DNA from: an uncultured bacterium
GTDB taxonomy: Bacteria > Hydrogenedentota > Hydrogenedentia > Hydrogenedentales > JAEUWI01
Reading direction: 5' to 3'
DNA length: 27,932 bases
Assembly (NCBI GenBank): GCA_963977445.1
Contig: CAXBPH010000071.1
Span: forward strand, 1 to 27,932
Part shown: piece by piece, positions 1 to 9,674 of the stretch
How positions within the stretch are numbered: the first letter of the stretch is position 1
Layout: every line of letters begins with the position of its first letter
Translations under genes and position numbers: made by a program
Notes under the pieces: model-generated
The model's database searches: none
The model's input: the letters and a program-made list of their open reading frames with translations, nothing else
What the model was told of the DNA's origin: nothing

Positions 1-213
1 GCGCGCCAGATTTTCCAGATAGGTCGTTTTTTCGTCTGGACTCAAGGCATTGTAGATTGCAGCGAGATTGCGGCTTTCGGAGGACAGGTTAACGGTGTCC
101 TCAATGGCGTTGGCCACGGAAATCGAGTCGGTGTCTTTGCCATGGGGCGAGGTATCGGACGCGGAGTTTTGAAGGGCGTAACCTGGACGTATAGACGAGG
201 AAATCGGGTTCAT
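1..213 (-). CDS. Partial hypothetical protein running off the left edge (MNPISSSIRPGYALQNSASD...EDTVNLSSESRNLAAIYNALSPDEKTTYLENLAR)
   Basis: ATG (complement of CAT 211-213), GGAGA RBS about 8 nt upstream, and an open frame to the window edge. Not in the supplied ORF track. Confidence 0.65.
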   Translation of the reverse strand, partial: MNPISSSIRPGYALQNSASDTSPHGKDTDSISVANAIEDTVNLSSESRNLAAIYNALSPDEKTTYLENLAR

Positions 214-252
214 TTCGTGTGTCTCCGTGCTGCGTAGCGTATACTACTAATT

Positions 253-280
253 TTATCGGCACCATGGCGGTGAAACTGGA
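253..280 (-). promoter_or_regulatory. Candidate sigma-28 (FliA/SigD) promoter
   Basis: The minus strand reads TCCAGTTT-N12-GCCGATAA against the consensus TAAAGTTT-N11-GCCGATAA. The -10 is a perfect match, about 40 nt upstream of the 1..213 start. Confidence 0.5.
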
Positions 281-602
281 TATGTTGGTATATTTATCTT
301 TTTTCGCAGATTGCGTTGTGTGCGTTTAAGGTTTTCCTTGACTTATCGTATCGTATTGGTGTAGAAGGATTAAGATAAAAAATAGTACGATAGGGTGCAC
401 GGGATCTGGCTCCTCGGGGTTGTCAGATGTTTACTGTACTTTTTTGCTACAATAGACGCGTAAATACGGGGAGTATTTCGCGCCGGTTTGAGCGCGTAGC
501 CGTCCAGTCGGGGCGGGTATACGTGCCCGTAGGCGGGCGCCGCTTGATTTTGAATTAGTCTGCGCCGGTTTTTCGGGTGTGGTTTTAAAGGAGAAGGTAG
601 CT

Positions 603-3600
603 ATGCGAGGACGTAAGGCTGGAGCAATGACACAAGATTCGGCTCCACAGCCCATGGGTCTCAGAGGCAGGACGGGCATTTATGCCGTAAGCAGTCTTGT
701 TTTTGCGTTATCGACGTTATGCAATTTGGCCGTTGCCGCCCCCCTGGCGGTCGAAGAAGGCGCAATTGGCGGCGTGCTTCGAACGCTGGAAGCGCCGGAT
801 GCAACCGACGCGCCATTGATCTATCAGACCGACGAGGGATTTATACGATTTCTCGGTGCCCCTCCCGGTGGCCGCTTTCTGGTTCGCCAAGGTGCCGCAA
901 AGTCGACGAGTGCAGACTCGACCGCTTCGGTCTTTGTCGGTGACCATGCCAGTGCCTTCGGCGCGGATAGTGCCTCGACCAATTTTCGGTCCGGTCCGAC
1001 GCGCAGCTTTGGTGGCTCCGACTACGTGCACCTGGAACAGTTTTACAACGATATCCCCGTTTTCGGCGGTGAAGTTGTGGTTCAGGTGACCAACACGGAA
1101 AGCGTGCAGAATGTCATGAGTGACATCATGCGCGACACCCGCGTTCTCGATGATGGAAGTCTTTCCCTGTCACCGACGCTCTCCGCTGCCCAGGCCCTTG
1201 CAGCGGCGATAAATGATTTCGCGGCAACCTCCGACATTCACGACGCCTCCGATTATTCCGGAATTGGCACACAGACGCTCTTCATCTTTCGTCCGTCCAT
1301 CGTGGGAATTTCCGGGGCGACCCGGCTGGTGTGGAAGCTCCAGGTCGGTGCAGGCCTTCCCGAGCCCGTGCAGAGTATCGTCCTTGTCGATGCCCACAGT
1401 GGCCAGATTGCATTGAAGTATTCCCTGCTGGAGACCGCCCTTGACCGCCAGATTTTTGATGCGGATGGTGGTATTATCAAGCCCCCGACGCCCGTCCGGA
1501 TCGAAGGCGGTAGCGCCACCGGAATTCCAGACGTCGACGCCATGTATGAATTTTTGGGAGATACCTATAATTTCTACCTGAACGAGCATGACTACGACAG
1601 CTATGACGATCTGGGCAGCCCCTTGATTGCAACAGTAAATGCCCCCATCGCCAATGCCTGTTGGGGCTGCAGCCTCGATCCCATCTTCGGTGTTATCGGC
1701 ATGGAAACGGGCAGTGAAATCGTTTTCGGTGCGGGATATGCCATTGACGATGTGGTGGCGCACGAATTAACACACGGCGTAACCGAATATACATCGGACC
1801 TCATCTATTTCGGATTTTCCGGTGCCATCAACGAGTCCTTCTCCGACATGTGGGGCGAGTGGGTTGACCTGACCAATGGCAGTGCCAACGACACGGAAGA
1901 TGTTCGTTGGGCCATCGGCGAGGAATTCGGATTTCGTGGATTCAGCAACGACGGTTCTCCCGGCATCCGGAATATGAAGGATCCCACGATTTTTGGTGAC
2001 CCTGATCGTCTTGGCAGCAGATTGTTGTTTGACCCCACCTCCTTTATCGATTCCGGTGGTGTCCACATTAACAGTGGTATCGGTAACAAGCTCTGCTACC
2101 TGCTTACCGATGGCGATTCGTTCAATGGGCAGACCATTGAGGGTATGGGTATTTCCGCCGCCGCTGATTTGTTCTTCGGTACCCAGTTTCTCATGCTGCC
2201 CGGCGCGGACTACAACGATCTGTTTCTCGCACTGAGCGCGAGCGCGGTAAACCTCGGAATGAGCTTCGAGGAACGGCTGAACATCGCCAACGCGGGTGAA
2301 GCGGTGGAGATCGTTCCCGACTTCCTTTTCGAACAGGGCCTGCGTGAGTTCCGCGCTGTGCCTACGACAGATACCCTGGGCAACCCGGTTGTTGCGTTGA
2401 AATGGACCAATCCAGACGTTGCGTTGTTCGACATAATCTATCTGGTTCGTAGTGCCACCGGCTTCCCGACCAATATTGACGACGGCGAACTGCTTACGAG
2501 CGGTGTGGCGTCACAGTACCTTGATCGGGATGTGCGCGCAGGTGTCACGTACTACTACAGCGTCATCGCTGATTTGAACAGCGGACTTCCGCCCCAAATC
2601 GTTTCCGCACAGGCCAAGGCGGGTGACGTTGCTTCCAGTGCGCTTACGGAATCTTTTGGTGATGGCTTGCTCCTCTTCAGCGGGGCCAACTCGGTGGACT
2701 TGGCCTATAGTCAGCTCGTGTTCACGCCCGTCGGCGCGCCAATCAGCCCTTTGGGCAGCACGGCTGGTAGTGGCAGTTTCAATAACTATGAAGCTACGTT
2801 TATGCCCCAGGCTTTCGCCCTCCCGGTAGCCCGGGAAGATGCGGCAGGTCGCGCCCTGGATGTTACCTCTCCCCAGGATACGGGCGTGAATTTGTCGCTG
2901 GGTCAGCGAAGCTTTCCCTTCTTCGGGCAGAACTACAACCAGCTCTATATCGCGGCGAACGGCTACATCAGTTTCCAGCCCATAGCGCCTGGCGATACCT
3001 TGAATTTTCCGAGTCTGGCATCCCATTTTGCGATACCGCGGATCTCCTATTTCTTCGCGGGTAATGCCGACCTCTTGGATACGCTGGCATCGAGTGCCGG
3101 TGGTTCCATGTGGCTCCGCAACGACCTGAATGACCGCATCGTGGTCACCTACGAAAACGTACCTCAGTTCAACCCATTCAATCCCTTCAATGCGGGTGCC
3201 ACAAGTACCATTCAGACCGAATTGTTCTACAGTGGTCAAATCCGGATTACCTATCTGGACGCCGTTGCGACGGCTGCCGTCGTTGGACTTTCCGACGGTC
3301 GGGGTGTACCGGTTGACCCGGGGACCCTCTTCGCTGGCGTTGTGAGTGCTGGAGGCCTTACAGACCTTTCGTCCTTGCCCGACACGAACATGCTGCTTCG
3401 CATATCACCGGTACTTTCCGAAGCGGTGGATGCGGGTGAGCTGGTCGAGTTTACGGTATCGACGATTGCACCAGCGGATAGCATAACGGTACCGACGCTG
3501 ACGGCCGAATGGAACGGCCCTGGAGGCCTTCGATTTGCCGACAGTGGCAACGGCACGGGTCTCTTCAGTTGGCAGACGACACTGAATGATGCGGGCACCT

Positions 3601-4457
3601 ACATATTGCGCGTAACCGCTAAAGCGGATGGTCAAGTGGCCTATCAGGACGTGACGATTCAGGTCGGAAGCATCATCTTGCCCCCGACGGCCAGTGATTT
3701 GGCCATCCTGACTGGCGAAACCGGTGAAGACCCGACCTTGAGCCGGGCCGTAAAGACCGAAAGTTCCCTCCGGGCGGTTTATACCTATAGCCATCCCCTG
3801 CAGACCGACGGCTTCGACATTTACGACGAGGGCACCTCGGTGGTCTACTGGTACCGCAACAACCAGATTGTCACCAGCTTGACGAATCGCCGTCAGGTAT
3901 CGCCGCAAGCCACACGTGGTGGCGATCAGTGGTACTTCGGTGTGATACCCGTTGGTCTGTATGGTTACGGTGGTGCCATTGCCTACTCGCCCATTGTTAC
4001 CATTTCCGCGCTCCCGGAGATTGTCTCCGTATCGCCGGCTGTCGGTAGCACCCAGGGTGGCGAGGCAGTACGCATCAAGGGTAACCGTCTCAGTGGACCC
4101 GTTGCAGTCACCTTTGGTGGCGTAAGTGTGAGTAGCATTCGGGCCATTTCTGCCGACGAGATTGAAGTGGTAACGCCATTGCATGCTGCGGGCTCCGTGC
4201 CCGTGGTGGTGACCACCATAAACGGCAACGGCATCCTGAATGGCGGTTACACGTACCTCGCCGCAGGAGCTTCCCTGGCGGTGACCGATGTGAATGGTGA
4301 TGGCAAGATCGACGCCATTGACGTGCAGTTGGTTGTCAATGCGGTCCTTGCGGCAAACGCTTCTAAATCGGGTGATATTAATCCCGATGCGAACCGCGAT
4401 GGACAGGTTAACGCGTCCGACATCCAGGTCGTGGTAAATCGGGCCCTACTCCGCTAG
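603..4457 (+). CDS. Secreted M4 (thermolysin-family) zinc metalloprotease with propeptide, FN3/Ig-like regions, IPT/TIG domain and C-terminal dockerin-like domain
   Basis: Motifs HELTH (1761-1775), GAINESFSD and GGVHINSG; propeptide motifs EQFYNDIPVFGG and VDAHSGQI; IPT repeat SVSPAVGSTQGGEAVRIKG; duplicated DVNGDGKIDAIDVQ / DANRDGQVNASDIQ loops; hydrophobic signal peptide. Start uncertain: ATG 603 has a GGAGAAGG RBS, and 627 or 654 are possible. Confidence 0.92.
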   Translation: MRGRKAGAMTQDSAPQPMGLRGRTGIYAVSSLVFALSTLCNLAVAAPLAVEEGAIGGVLRTLEAPDATDAPLIYQTDEGFIRFLGAPPGGRFLVRQGAAKSTSADSTASVFVGDHASAFGADSASTNFRSGPTRSFGGSDYVHLEQFYNDIPVFGGEVVVQVTNTESVQNVMSDIMRDTRVLDDGSLSLSPTLSAAQALAAAINDFAATSDIHDASDYSGIGTQTLFIFRPSIVGISGATRLVWKLQVGAGLPEPVQSIVLVDAHSGQIALKYSLLETALDRQIFDADGGIIKPPTPVRIEGGSATGIPDVDAMYEFLGDTYNFYLNEHDYDSYDDLGSPLIATVNAPIANACWGCSLDPIFGVIGMETGSEIVFGAGYAIDDVVAHELTHGVTEYTSDLIYFGFSGAINESFSDMWGEWVDLTNGSANDTEDVRWAIGEEFGFRGFSNDGSPGIRNMKDPTIFGDPDRLGSRLLFDPTSFIDSGGVHINSGIGNKLCYLLTDGDSFNGQTIEGMGISAAADLFFGTQFLMLPGADYNDLFLALSASAVNLGMSFEERLNIANAGEAVEIVPDFLFEQGLREFRAVPTTDTLGNPVVALKWTNPDVALFDIIYLVRSATGFPTNIDDGELLTSGVASQYLDRDVRAGVTYYYSVIADLNSGLPPQIVSAQAKAGDVASSALTESFGDGLLLFSGANSVDLAYSQLVFTPVGAPISPLGSTAGSGSFNNYEATFMPQAFALPVAREDAAGRALDVTSPQDTGVNLSLGQRSFPFFGQNYNQLYIAANGYISFQPIAPGDTLNFPSLASHFAIPRISYFFAGNADLLDTLASSAGGSMWLRNDLNDRIVVTYENVPQFNPFNPFNAGATSTIQTELFYSGQIRITYLDAVATAAVVGLSDGRGVPVDPGTLFAGVVSAGGLTDLSSLPDTNMLLRISPVLSEAVDAGELVEFTVSTIAPADSITVPTLTAEWNGPGGLRFADSGNGTGLFSWQTTLNDAGTYILRVTAKADGQVAYQDVTIQVGSIILPPTASDLAILTGETGEDPTLSRAVKTESSLRAVYTYSHPLQTDGFDIYDEGTSVVYWYRNNQIVTSLTNRRQVSPQATRGGDQWYFGVIPVGLYGYGGAIAYSPIVTISALPEIVSVSPAVGSTQGGEAVRIKGNRLSGPVAVTFGGVSVSSIRAISADEIEVVTPLHAAGSVPVVVTTINGNGILNGGYTYLAAGASLAVTDVNGDGKIDAIDVQLVVNAVLAANASKSGDINPDANRDGQVNASDIQVVVNRALLR

Positions 4458-4490
4458 GTTGTTGTGCCCGTTTAATTCCGTTACACTCTG

Positions 4491-4527
4491 AACCGCCGTG
4501 TGAGATACTCACACGGCGGTTGTTTTT
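4491..4527 (+). terminator. Rho-independent terminator
   Basis: Perfect 14-bp stem AACCGCCGTGTGAG / CTCACACGGCGGTT with an ATA loop, followed by GTTTTT, just after the protease stop. Confidence 0.85.
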
Positions 4528-4561
4528 AGATTAACCATTTCAAATAGTTTTGGAGTTGTAG

Positions 4562-5773
4562 ATGGCACTATTGCCGTGGATAGTTCTTTTATGCAGTGCT
4601 GTTGGGTCCACCAACACCATTGCATTTGTCGACCAGGCAGATACACCGACCTCTCAGGTGTGTGTCGTCAACGTGGAATCCGGCGATACGGTAGCCATTG
4701 GGCCCGGTGTGCGCGATGGCGCGCCACAGTGGTCACCCGATGGTTCGTGGTTGGCCTTCGAGACCGGAGAGCGGAGCGCCCGTGCTATCTATGTGGTGCG
4801 TGCCGATGGCACCGATGGTCGGCAGCTCCAACACCAAAAGCCTTGGAACGTCATGCCCCGATGGTCAACCGATTGCACCCGTCTGGTCTATATGTCCGCC
4901 ACCTCCCCCGGGGGATTGGGAAGCCTGGCGGTCTATGATCTGCACACGGGGGAAGAGCACCTGTGGGGCGCGGGAGCGTTGGGTCTGTTGCGTCCTGTCT
5001 GGATGCCCTTCAGTAAATTGATGCGCGCCCTGGATCCCGATGTGCTGACTTCGGTGACGGGTATGAACATCGACGTTTTTCGGCGCGAGGCACGGATGGA
5101 ACGTAAAGATCTGGATGAGGATGTTCTTCCAGAAGCGTTGTTGGCGATTCAGATTGTGCTTGGTGGCAAGTCCGATCCAGGCATTCAGACCCGGGCGGTG
5201 CTGGTGACGGAGAGTGAGGTGTTGCCCTTTCTCGATATCGCGCTCAAGGAGCGTTCCGAAGGGTATGGTGCCCTCTGGCAATTGGAGCCCAACTGGGAGG
5301 GCGCTCGTTTTGGAGAAAACCCAAGGGCAGAGCGGCTATTTGGCACCTTTCCCCTGACCCGGAATGGGGAGGCCTCGCGACTGGCCTATGAATCGAACGA
5401 AGGTGGCGATCGGGAAATCTACGTGGTGGGCGGCAAGGGAAAGGCCAACGTGACCAACCACCGTTCCGCTGACTGGAATCCCGTGTGGTCCCCCGGAGGT
5501 CGCCGTCTGGCCTTTGAATCCTTTCGGGAGGTTAGACGGGCTATATACACCGTATTTACCGATACAGCCCTAATCAGCCCCATTGAGAAGGGTGACTTGA
5601 GCTCCTGGTCGCCGAGTTGGTCGCCTGACGGGGAACAGATGGCCTGTATCTCCGATCGGGAGGGGGGGGCGGGCCTGTATGTCGTTACCCTGAAGGGGGG
5701 GAAGTCAACACGTATCTCCCCCCAGGAAGTCATTGTTGACTGGCCAGTCTGGCGTCCGGAGTCCCGGGAATGA
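4562..5773 (+). CDS. TolB-like PD40 repeat beta-propeller protein, secreted
   Basis: Repeated PQWSPDG, PRWSTD, PVWSPGG, PSWSPDG and PVWRP motifs with LAFES-type strands; N-terminal signal peptide; GGAG RBS. Confidence 0.85.
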   Translation: MALLPWIVLLCSAVGSTNTIAFVDQADTPTSQVCVVNVESGDTVAIGPGVRDGAPQWSPDGSWLAFETGERSARAIYVVRADGTDGRQLQHQKPWNVMPRWSTDCTRLVYMSATSPGGLGSLAVYDLHTGEEHLWGAGALGLLRPVWMPFSKLMRALDPDVLTSVTGMNIDVFRREARMERKDLDEDVLPEALLAIQIVLGGKSDPGIQTRAVLVTESEVLPFLDIALKERSEGYGALWQLEPNWEGARFGENPRAERLFGTFPLTRNGEASRLAYESNEGGDREIYVVGGKGKANVTNHRSADWNPVWSPGGRRLAFESFREVRRAIYTVFTDTALISPIEKGDLSSWSPSWSPDGEQMACISDREGGAGLYVVTLKGGKSTRISPQEVIVDWPVWRPESRE

Positions 5774-6753
5774 TAGAGAATATCCGATTCAGGAACCGTC
5801 TCGTGACGTTGACGGTAGTTTTTCTCCTTGCCGTGTCCATCGCACGGGCCGACGGGCTGCCCCACGTTGGCCGGCCAGCGATTGTCGTTGCTGGTGACAC
5901 CTTCAGCCTCGGCGATGGGGCCGAAGCTACGGCATCATTGCGACTGGGTGACACCCGTATTCCCCTGACCGTCACTACGAATGATAAGACGGCCCCGGAA
6001 GGGAAGTGGCTCGCCGAAGTTCCCGACGGCGTCGCACCGGGACGTTACGACTTGGTGCTGACGACTTCGGCCGCAGAGACCGAACAAATCGGTGCGGTCC
6101 ACGTGCTGGAGTCCTTTCCCACGAGCTACGTGCTTGCTTTGCTTCGGGCGGACCAGGTCGACAGCACGGAGGGGACGATGTTCTCACCTGCGCTGTTGGA
6201 CATCCTGCGCGGGGCAACGCCCAATCTCGTCATCGTGCTGGGTGCGTTGACCGCCGATGGTCAGGAGAGCGCCTATGAAGCGCTGGATAGACAGTTCGCC
6301 GGCCTCGACGTGCCGGTGTTCTATTGCCCCAATGAGCAGGAGTCCGCTCGGGAGACCTATCGGGCGCGCTACGGCAATCCCGTGTACCCCCAACGATTTG
6401 GTGATGATGGCTACCTGTTTCTTGGTGGCGGTCTTTCTCACGTGGACAGCATTCATGGTGTCCGGGCGGGGCATCTGTATCGATGGCGTCGTGCACTACG
6501 TTCCAGTCGGTGGAGTATTGGCGTAGCAACCCGATATGGGCTGGATTGGTCGATGCGCGAGCAACTGGTCTTATTTGCCGATGACCCGCTGGATTATCTC
6601 CTGGCAGGAGAAGGTGTGGAAACTTCTGGGGCGAAGGTTCCCTGGAGCAACACCCGCCTTGAAACCTTCGCGGATGCCCTGTCACCCTCCCTTCAACTCA
6701 TCGATGTTTCCCAAGAGCAGTTTGTCCCCCGGATCGTGAAGGTCACGGAGTAA
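5770..6753 (+). CDS. Secreted protein with N-terminal Ig-like region and a degenerate calcineurin-like metallophosphoesterase fold
   Basis: ATGA overlap with the upstream gene; signal peptide; PNLVIVLGALT and VPVFYCPNEQE align with the metallophosphoesterase GD and GNH[DE] strands but lack the ligands. Confidence 0.55.
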   Translation: MIENIRFRNRLVTLTVVFLLAVSIARADGLPHVGRPAIVVAGDTFSLGDGAEATASLRLGDTRIPLTVTTNDKTAPEGKWLAEVPDGVAPGRYDLVLTTSAAETEQIGAVHVLESFPTSYVLALLRADQVDSTEGTMFSPALLDILRGATPNLVIVLGALTADGQESAYEALDRQFAGLDVPVFYCPNEQESARETYRARYGNPVYPQRFGDDGYLFLGGGLSHVDSIHGVRAGHLYRWRRALRSSRWSIGVATRYGLDWSMREQLVLFADDPLDYLLAGEGVETSGAKVPWSNTRLETFADALSPSLQLIDVSQEQFVPRIVKVTE

Positions 6754-6792
6754 CGACCGGGTAGTTTTGTCGTCGGCGCCGGGGGGGATGGC

Positions 6793-7188
6793 CTACGATT
6801 GAACGATTGGCGCTTTCAGATGGCGACTTAGTCGTTTCTGAACGTTATCGCGTGTGACCGGTTTGCAGAGGATGTCGGTCGCCCCGGCCCGAATGGCCTG
6901 TTCCAGCGTTTTCCGTTCCTGATTGGCGGTACAGACGATAATCGGAACGTTCTTTGTCGCATCATTCTTCCGGACCCAACTGCAGACATCAAAACCGGAA
7001 ATCGTGGGCATCATCAGATCCAGAAATATCAGTTTCGGCACATCCTGCCCGATAAGCTTTATCGCATCCTCCCCGTTCTCCACCTCGAGAACATCGTGGC
7101 CCAGACTCTTGATAATGCCACCAAGAAGCCTGCGCATAAACGCGACATCGTCGACCACGAGAATAAAGCCTTGATCAAGTCTTTCCAC
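6793..7188 (-). CDS. Single-domain CheY-like response regulator
   Basis: ILVVDD, LIFLDLMMP (phospho-Asp), VCTA and CKP motifs. Likely GTG start at 7188 behind GAGAGAGG; the ORF extends to 7266. Confidence 0.9.
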   Translation of the reverse strand: MERLDQGFILVVDDVAFMRRLLGGIIKSLGHDVLEVENGEDAIKLIGQDVPKLIFLDLMMPTISGFDVCSWVRKNDATKNVPIIVCTANQERKTLEQAIRAGATDILCKPVTRDNVQKRLSRHLKAPIVQS

Positions 7189-7463
7189 AGAAGGGACCCT
7201 CTCTCGCGTTCGGACGGAAGCATTGTGTTGAAGATGAGAGCAAGTATGGATACGGCACCATCCCAACCAAACTTCATTGTAGCAAAGGCGGGGGAATTCG
7301 TCCCGTATTTATTGCAGCGTGTGTTGTGGAGATTTGGGCAGAAAGAATTTGCCCTGTAAGTAGTTAGCATTAAAACAGTTAGCCGAATCATGGCGCTATG
7401 GCTGATCCCTAATGATGTATGGCGCAAGCGGACGTCACTCAAACGCACGAGGGAGGAATGGCG

Positions 7464-8714
7464 ATGGGGCGATGGAAAAACTGGTTTCAACGAAAGAGCG
7501 AACGGGGTGTCCGGCCAGCGCCGACACCCCCGGCGGGCACCTTCAAGACCATAAGTCGGTCGGCCGACCTGGGACCACTTGGTGAAGGCTGGGGTAGCTA
7601 TGTGGGGATGCCCAACGAGACCCCCTTCGCCATGCTTCAGGTATACCGTTTTCTCCGGGACGCGATTCCCGATGTGTCGGATGCTATCTGGACCTGGAAG
7701 CGATTGTGTCAGACCGGCTACACCGTCGATTTCGAATCGGTAAGTTCGGAGGCCGCTACGGCACGGGCGCAACGATTGATAGGCGCCCTGGACAAGCGGG
7801 TGAATTCGGGCGACCGGGGCATGGAAGGTCTGCTCGATATCTTCTATACCTCCCTCTTCACCTATGGGGCCGCGGCCGTCGAAATTGTCCTGTCCCAAAG
7901 TCGTGAATCCATCTGGGATGTCGTACCCATAGATGTCTGGACGATTCGGTTTCGCCGGGAAGGGGGACAGCTTCAGGCCTACCAGGTGCTGGATGGGGAA
8001 AGCATCAAGTTGCCCATGGAGCGATTTATTTACGTGGGCCTCGACCGGGAGGGCACCAATCCCTACGGCCGTTCCATGCTTCGCTCCATTCCCTTCGTGG
8101 TCAAGATTCAACAACGCCTGATCGAAGATATGGCGAAGGCCACCCACAACGCGGGCTGGAACAAGCTGCACGTTCAGTATGGCGTTGAAGAGCGGGGGCG
8201 GGGCGAGAGCATCGAGGCCTATCAGCAGCGGATGCAGAGCAACCTCCTGGCGCTACGGGATAAGTTGAGCGGCCTGGAGGCCGACCAGAATCTGGTGACC
8301 TACGACAATGTAAACATCTCCATGTTACGGGGTGACCAGCGAACCCAGGTTTTCTACGACAACCACAAGGCCATTGAAGAGCAGGTGATTACGGGCATGC
8401 ATCTCATGCCGATTTTGTTGGGGCGTAACTATGGGACCACAGAGACCTATGGCACGGCCCAATTCGAAATCATCAATCGCCAGGTAGAAGCGGTGAACCG
8501 TAGCGTTCAGTGTATGTTGGCGCGGCTCTACAACTTTGAGCTGGCCTTGATGTGGGGCGAGGCGACGGCTCGGGTTCGCATGCGCACCAACCGCACGGTG
8601 GACGTGCTGAAGGAAGCCCAGGCCCGGGAGAAGGAAATTGGCAATGCCCTGAAGATGAAGGAGGCCGGTTTGTTGGATGAGGCCGGTCTGCGGGCGACGT
8701 TGCTGGGGAGTTGA
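7464..8714 (+). CDS. Phage portal-like protein
   Basis: About 416 aa; motifs LFTYGAAAVEIV, VVPIDVWTIRF, NPYGRSML and GMHLMPILLG match portal architecture; first gene of the head module; GGAGG RBS at 7452-7456. Confidence 0.8.
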   Translation: MGRWKNWFQRKSERGVRPAPTPPAGTFKTISRSADLGPLGEGWGSYVGMPNETPFAMLQVYRFLRDAIPDVSDAIWTWKRLCQTGYTVDFESVSSEAATARAQRLIGALDKRVNSGDRGMEGLLDIFYTSLFTYGAAAVEIVLSQSRESIWDVVPIDVWTIRFRREGGQLQAYQVLDGESIKLPMERFIYVGLDREGTNPYGRSMLRSIPFVVKIQQRLIEDMAKATHNAGWNKLHVQYGVEERGRGESIEAYQQRMQSNLLALRDKLSGLEADQNLVTYDNVNISMLRGDQRTQVFYDNHKAIEEQVITGMHLMPILLGRNYGTTETYGTAQFEIINRQVEAVNRSVQCMLARLYNFELALMWGEATARVRMRTNRTVDVLKEAQAREKEIGNALKMKEAGLLDEAGLRATLLGS

Positions 8715-8753
8715 TACTACCGTTGGACCTAACGTAATTGAAAGGAGGCTTGG

Positions 8754-9452
8754 GTGGAATTGGAACCATTTGTATTCCGACAGGCGGGACGTCTGGTGGC
8801 GTCCCGCGAGGCAAGCGAGGCGTCGAATGAGAACGATGTGGCGGCAGTAAATCGGTATGCCTTGCGCAACCTGTCGGCCGAGGAGTATGCGACCTTTACC
8901 CTCGATTTGTGTAACAACCAGATAGACCGGCACTTCAGCCGCTTCCCCGAGGAGGAACTGGAACGAATTAATGCGCTGGTTCCGGGACGTCCCCTGATGG
9001 AGCGTCATGACCTGCGGGGCACTTTGCCTCGGGGCCGATTTTTTCGGTCCACCCTCCATCAGGAAGGCGAGCACCTCGCTGTTCGCCCGGAAGTTTATGT
9101 GATGCGGAGCGCAGAAAATAGAGACTTCATCCTGAACATCGAAGGCGGCGTCTACCGGGAGACGTCGATTGGCTTTTCCTTTCGATTGCCCGAGTGCTCG
9201 GTGTGCGGCAACGATCTCCGGACCTGCGACCACGTTCCCGGGGCGACCTACGGCGAGCAAACGTGCCACTTCATCATGCGGGATGTATTGGAAGTGCTGG
9301 AAGGCTCCGTCGTTTCTTCGGGATCCCAGGGCACGGGCTTTGTCCGGGGGGAGCGTGCCGAAGACGGCCTGGAGGCGGCATTGACGGAAGCTCGGGATGA
9401 GTTTCATCGTCCCATTGAATTGGCATCGACCGACCTTTGGGCGCGGGAGTAG
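8754..9452 (+). CDS. HK97-type prohead (capsid maturation) protease with Zn-finger-like insertion
   Basis: Motifs IDRHFSRF, LMERHD (His), ETSIGF (Ser), CSVCG..CDHVPG and EGSVV; AAGGAGG RBS before GTG; lies between portal and capsid genes. Confidence 0.75.
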   Translation: MELEPFVFRQAGRLVASREASEASNENDVAAVNRYALRNLSAEEYATFTLDLCNNQIDRHFSRFPEEELERINALVPGRPLMERHDLRGTLPRGRFFRSTLHQEGEHLAVRPEVYVMRSAENRDFILNIEGGVYRETSIGFSFRLPECSVCGNDLRTCDHVPGATYGEQTCHFIMRDVLEVLEGSVVSSGSQGTGFVRGERAEDGLEAALTEARDEFHRPIELASTDLWARE

Positions 9453-9456
9453 CGAC

Positions 9457-9651
9457 ATGGCCGGAGAAAAATGCACCTGTCCTTTCGAGCCGCTTTATGC
9501 CTTGCAGGTGGAAACGGTTCGGGAAGACTTGCGGGAAGTGAAGGAGCGGGTTGGTCGATTGGAGGATACCCTGGGGCGGGGCGTACTGCTCCTGGTGGCC
9601 AACTTGATTGGGGTAAGCATAACGCTGGCGCAGCAACTGCTGTCTCAGTAG
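9457..9651 (+). CDS. Small coiled-coil protein with a C-terminal transmembrane segment (XhlA/holin-like topology), 64 aa
   Basis: ATG 4 nt after the protease stop with a GGGAG RBS; heptad pattern VREDLREVKERVGRLE followed by hydrophobic VLLLVANLIGVSITLA. Confidence 0.6.
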   Translation: MAGEKCTCPFEPLYALQVETVREDLREVKERVGRLEDTLGRGVLLLVANLIGVSITLAQQLLSQ

Positions 9652-9674
9652 ACGCAACCGGGGAAGGGGATTCT

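Noticed and set aside
7391..7406. Sigma-54 promoter upstream of the portal gene (TGGCGC-N5-CTGAT)
   Set aside because: The conserved -12 GC dinucleotide is missing.
7059..9476. 370-aa and 383-aa minus-strand ORFs
   Set aside because: Antisense shadows of the portal and protease genes.
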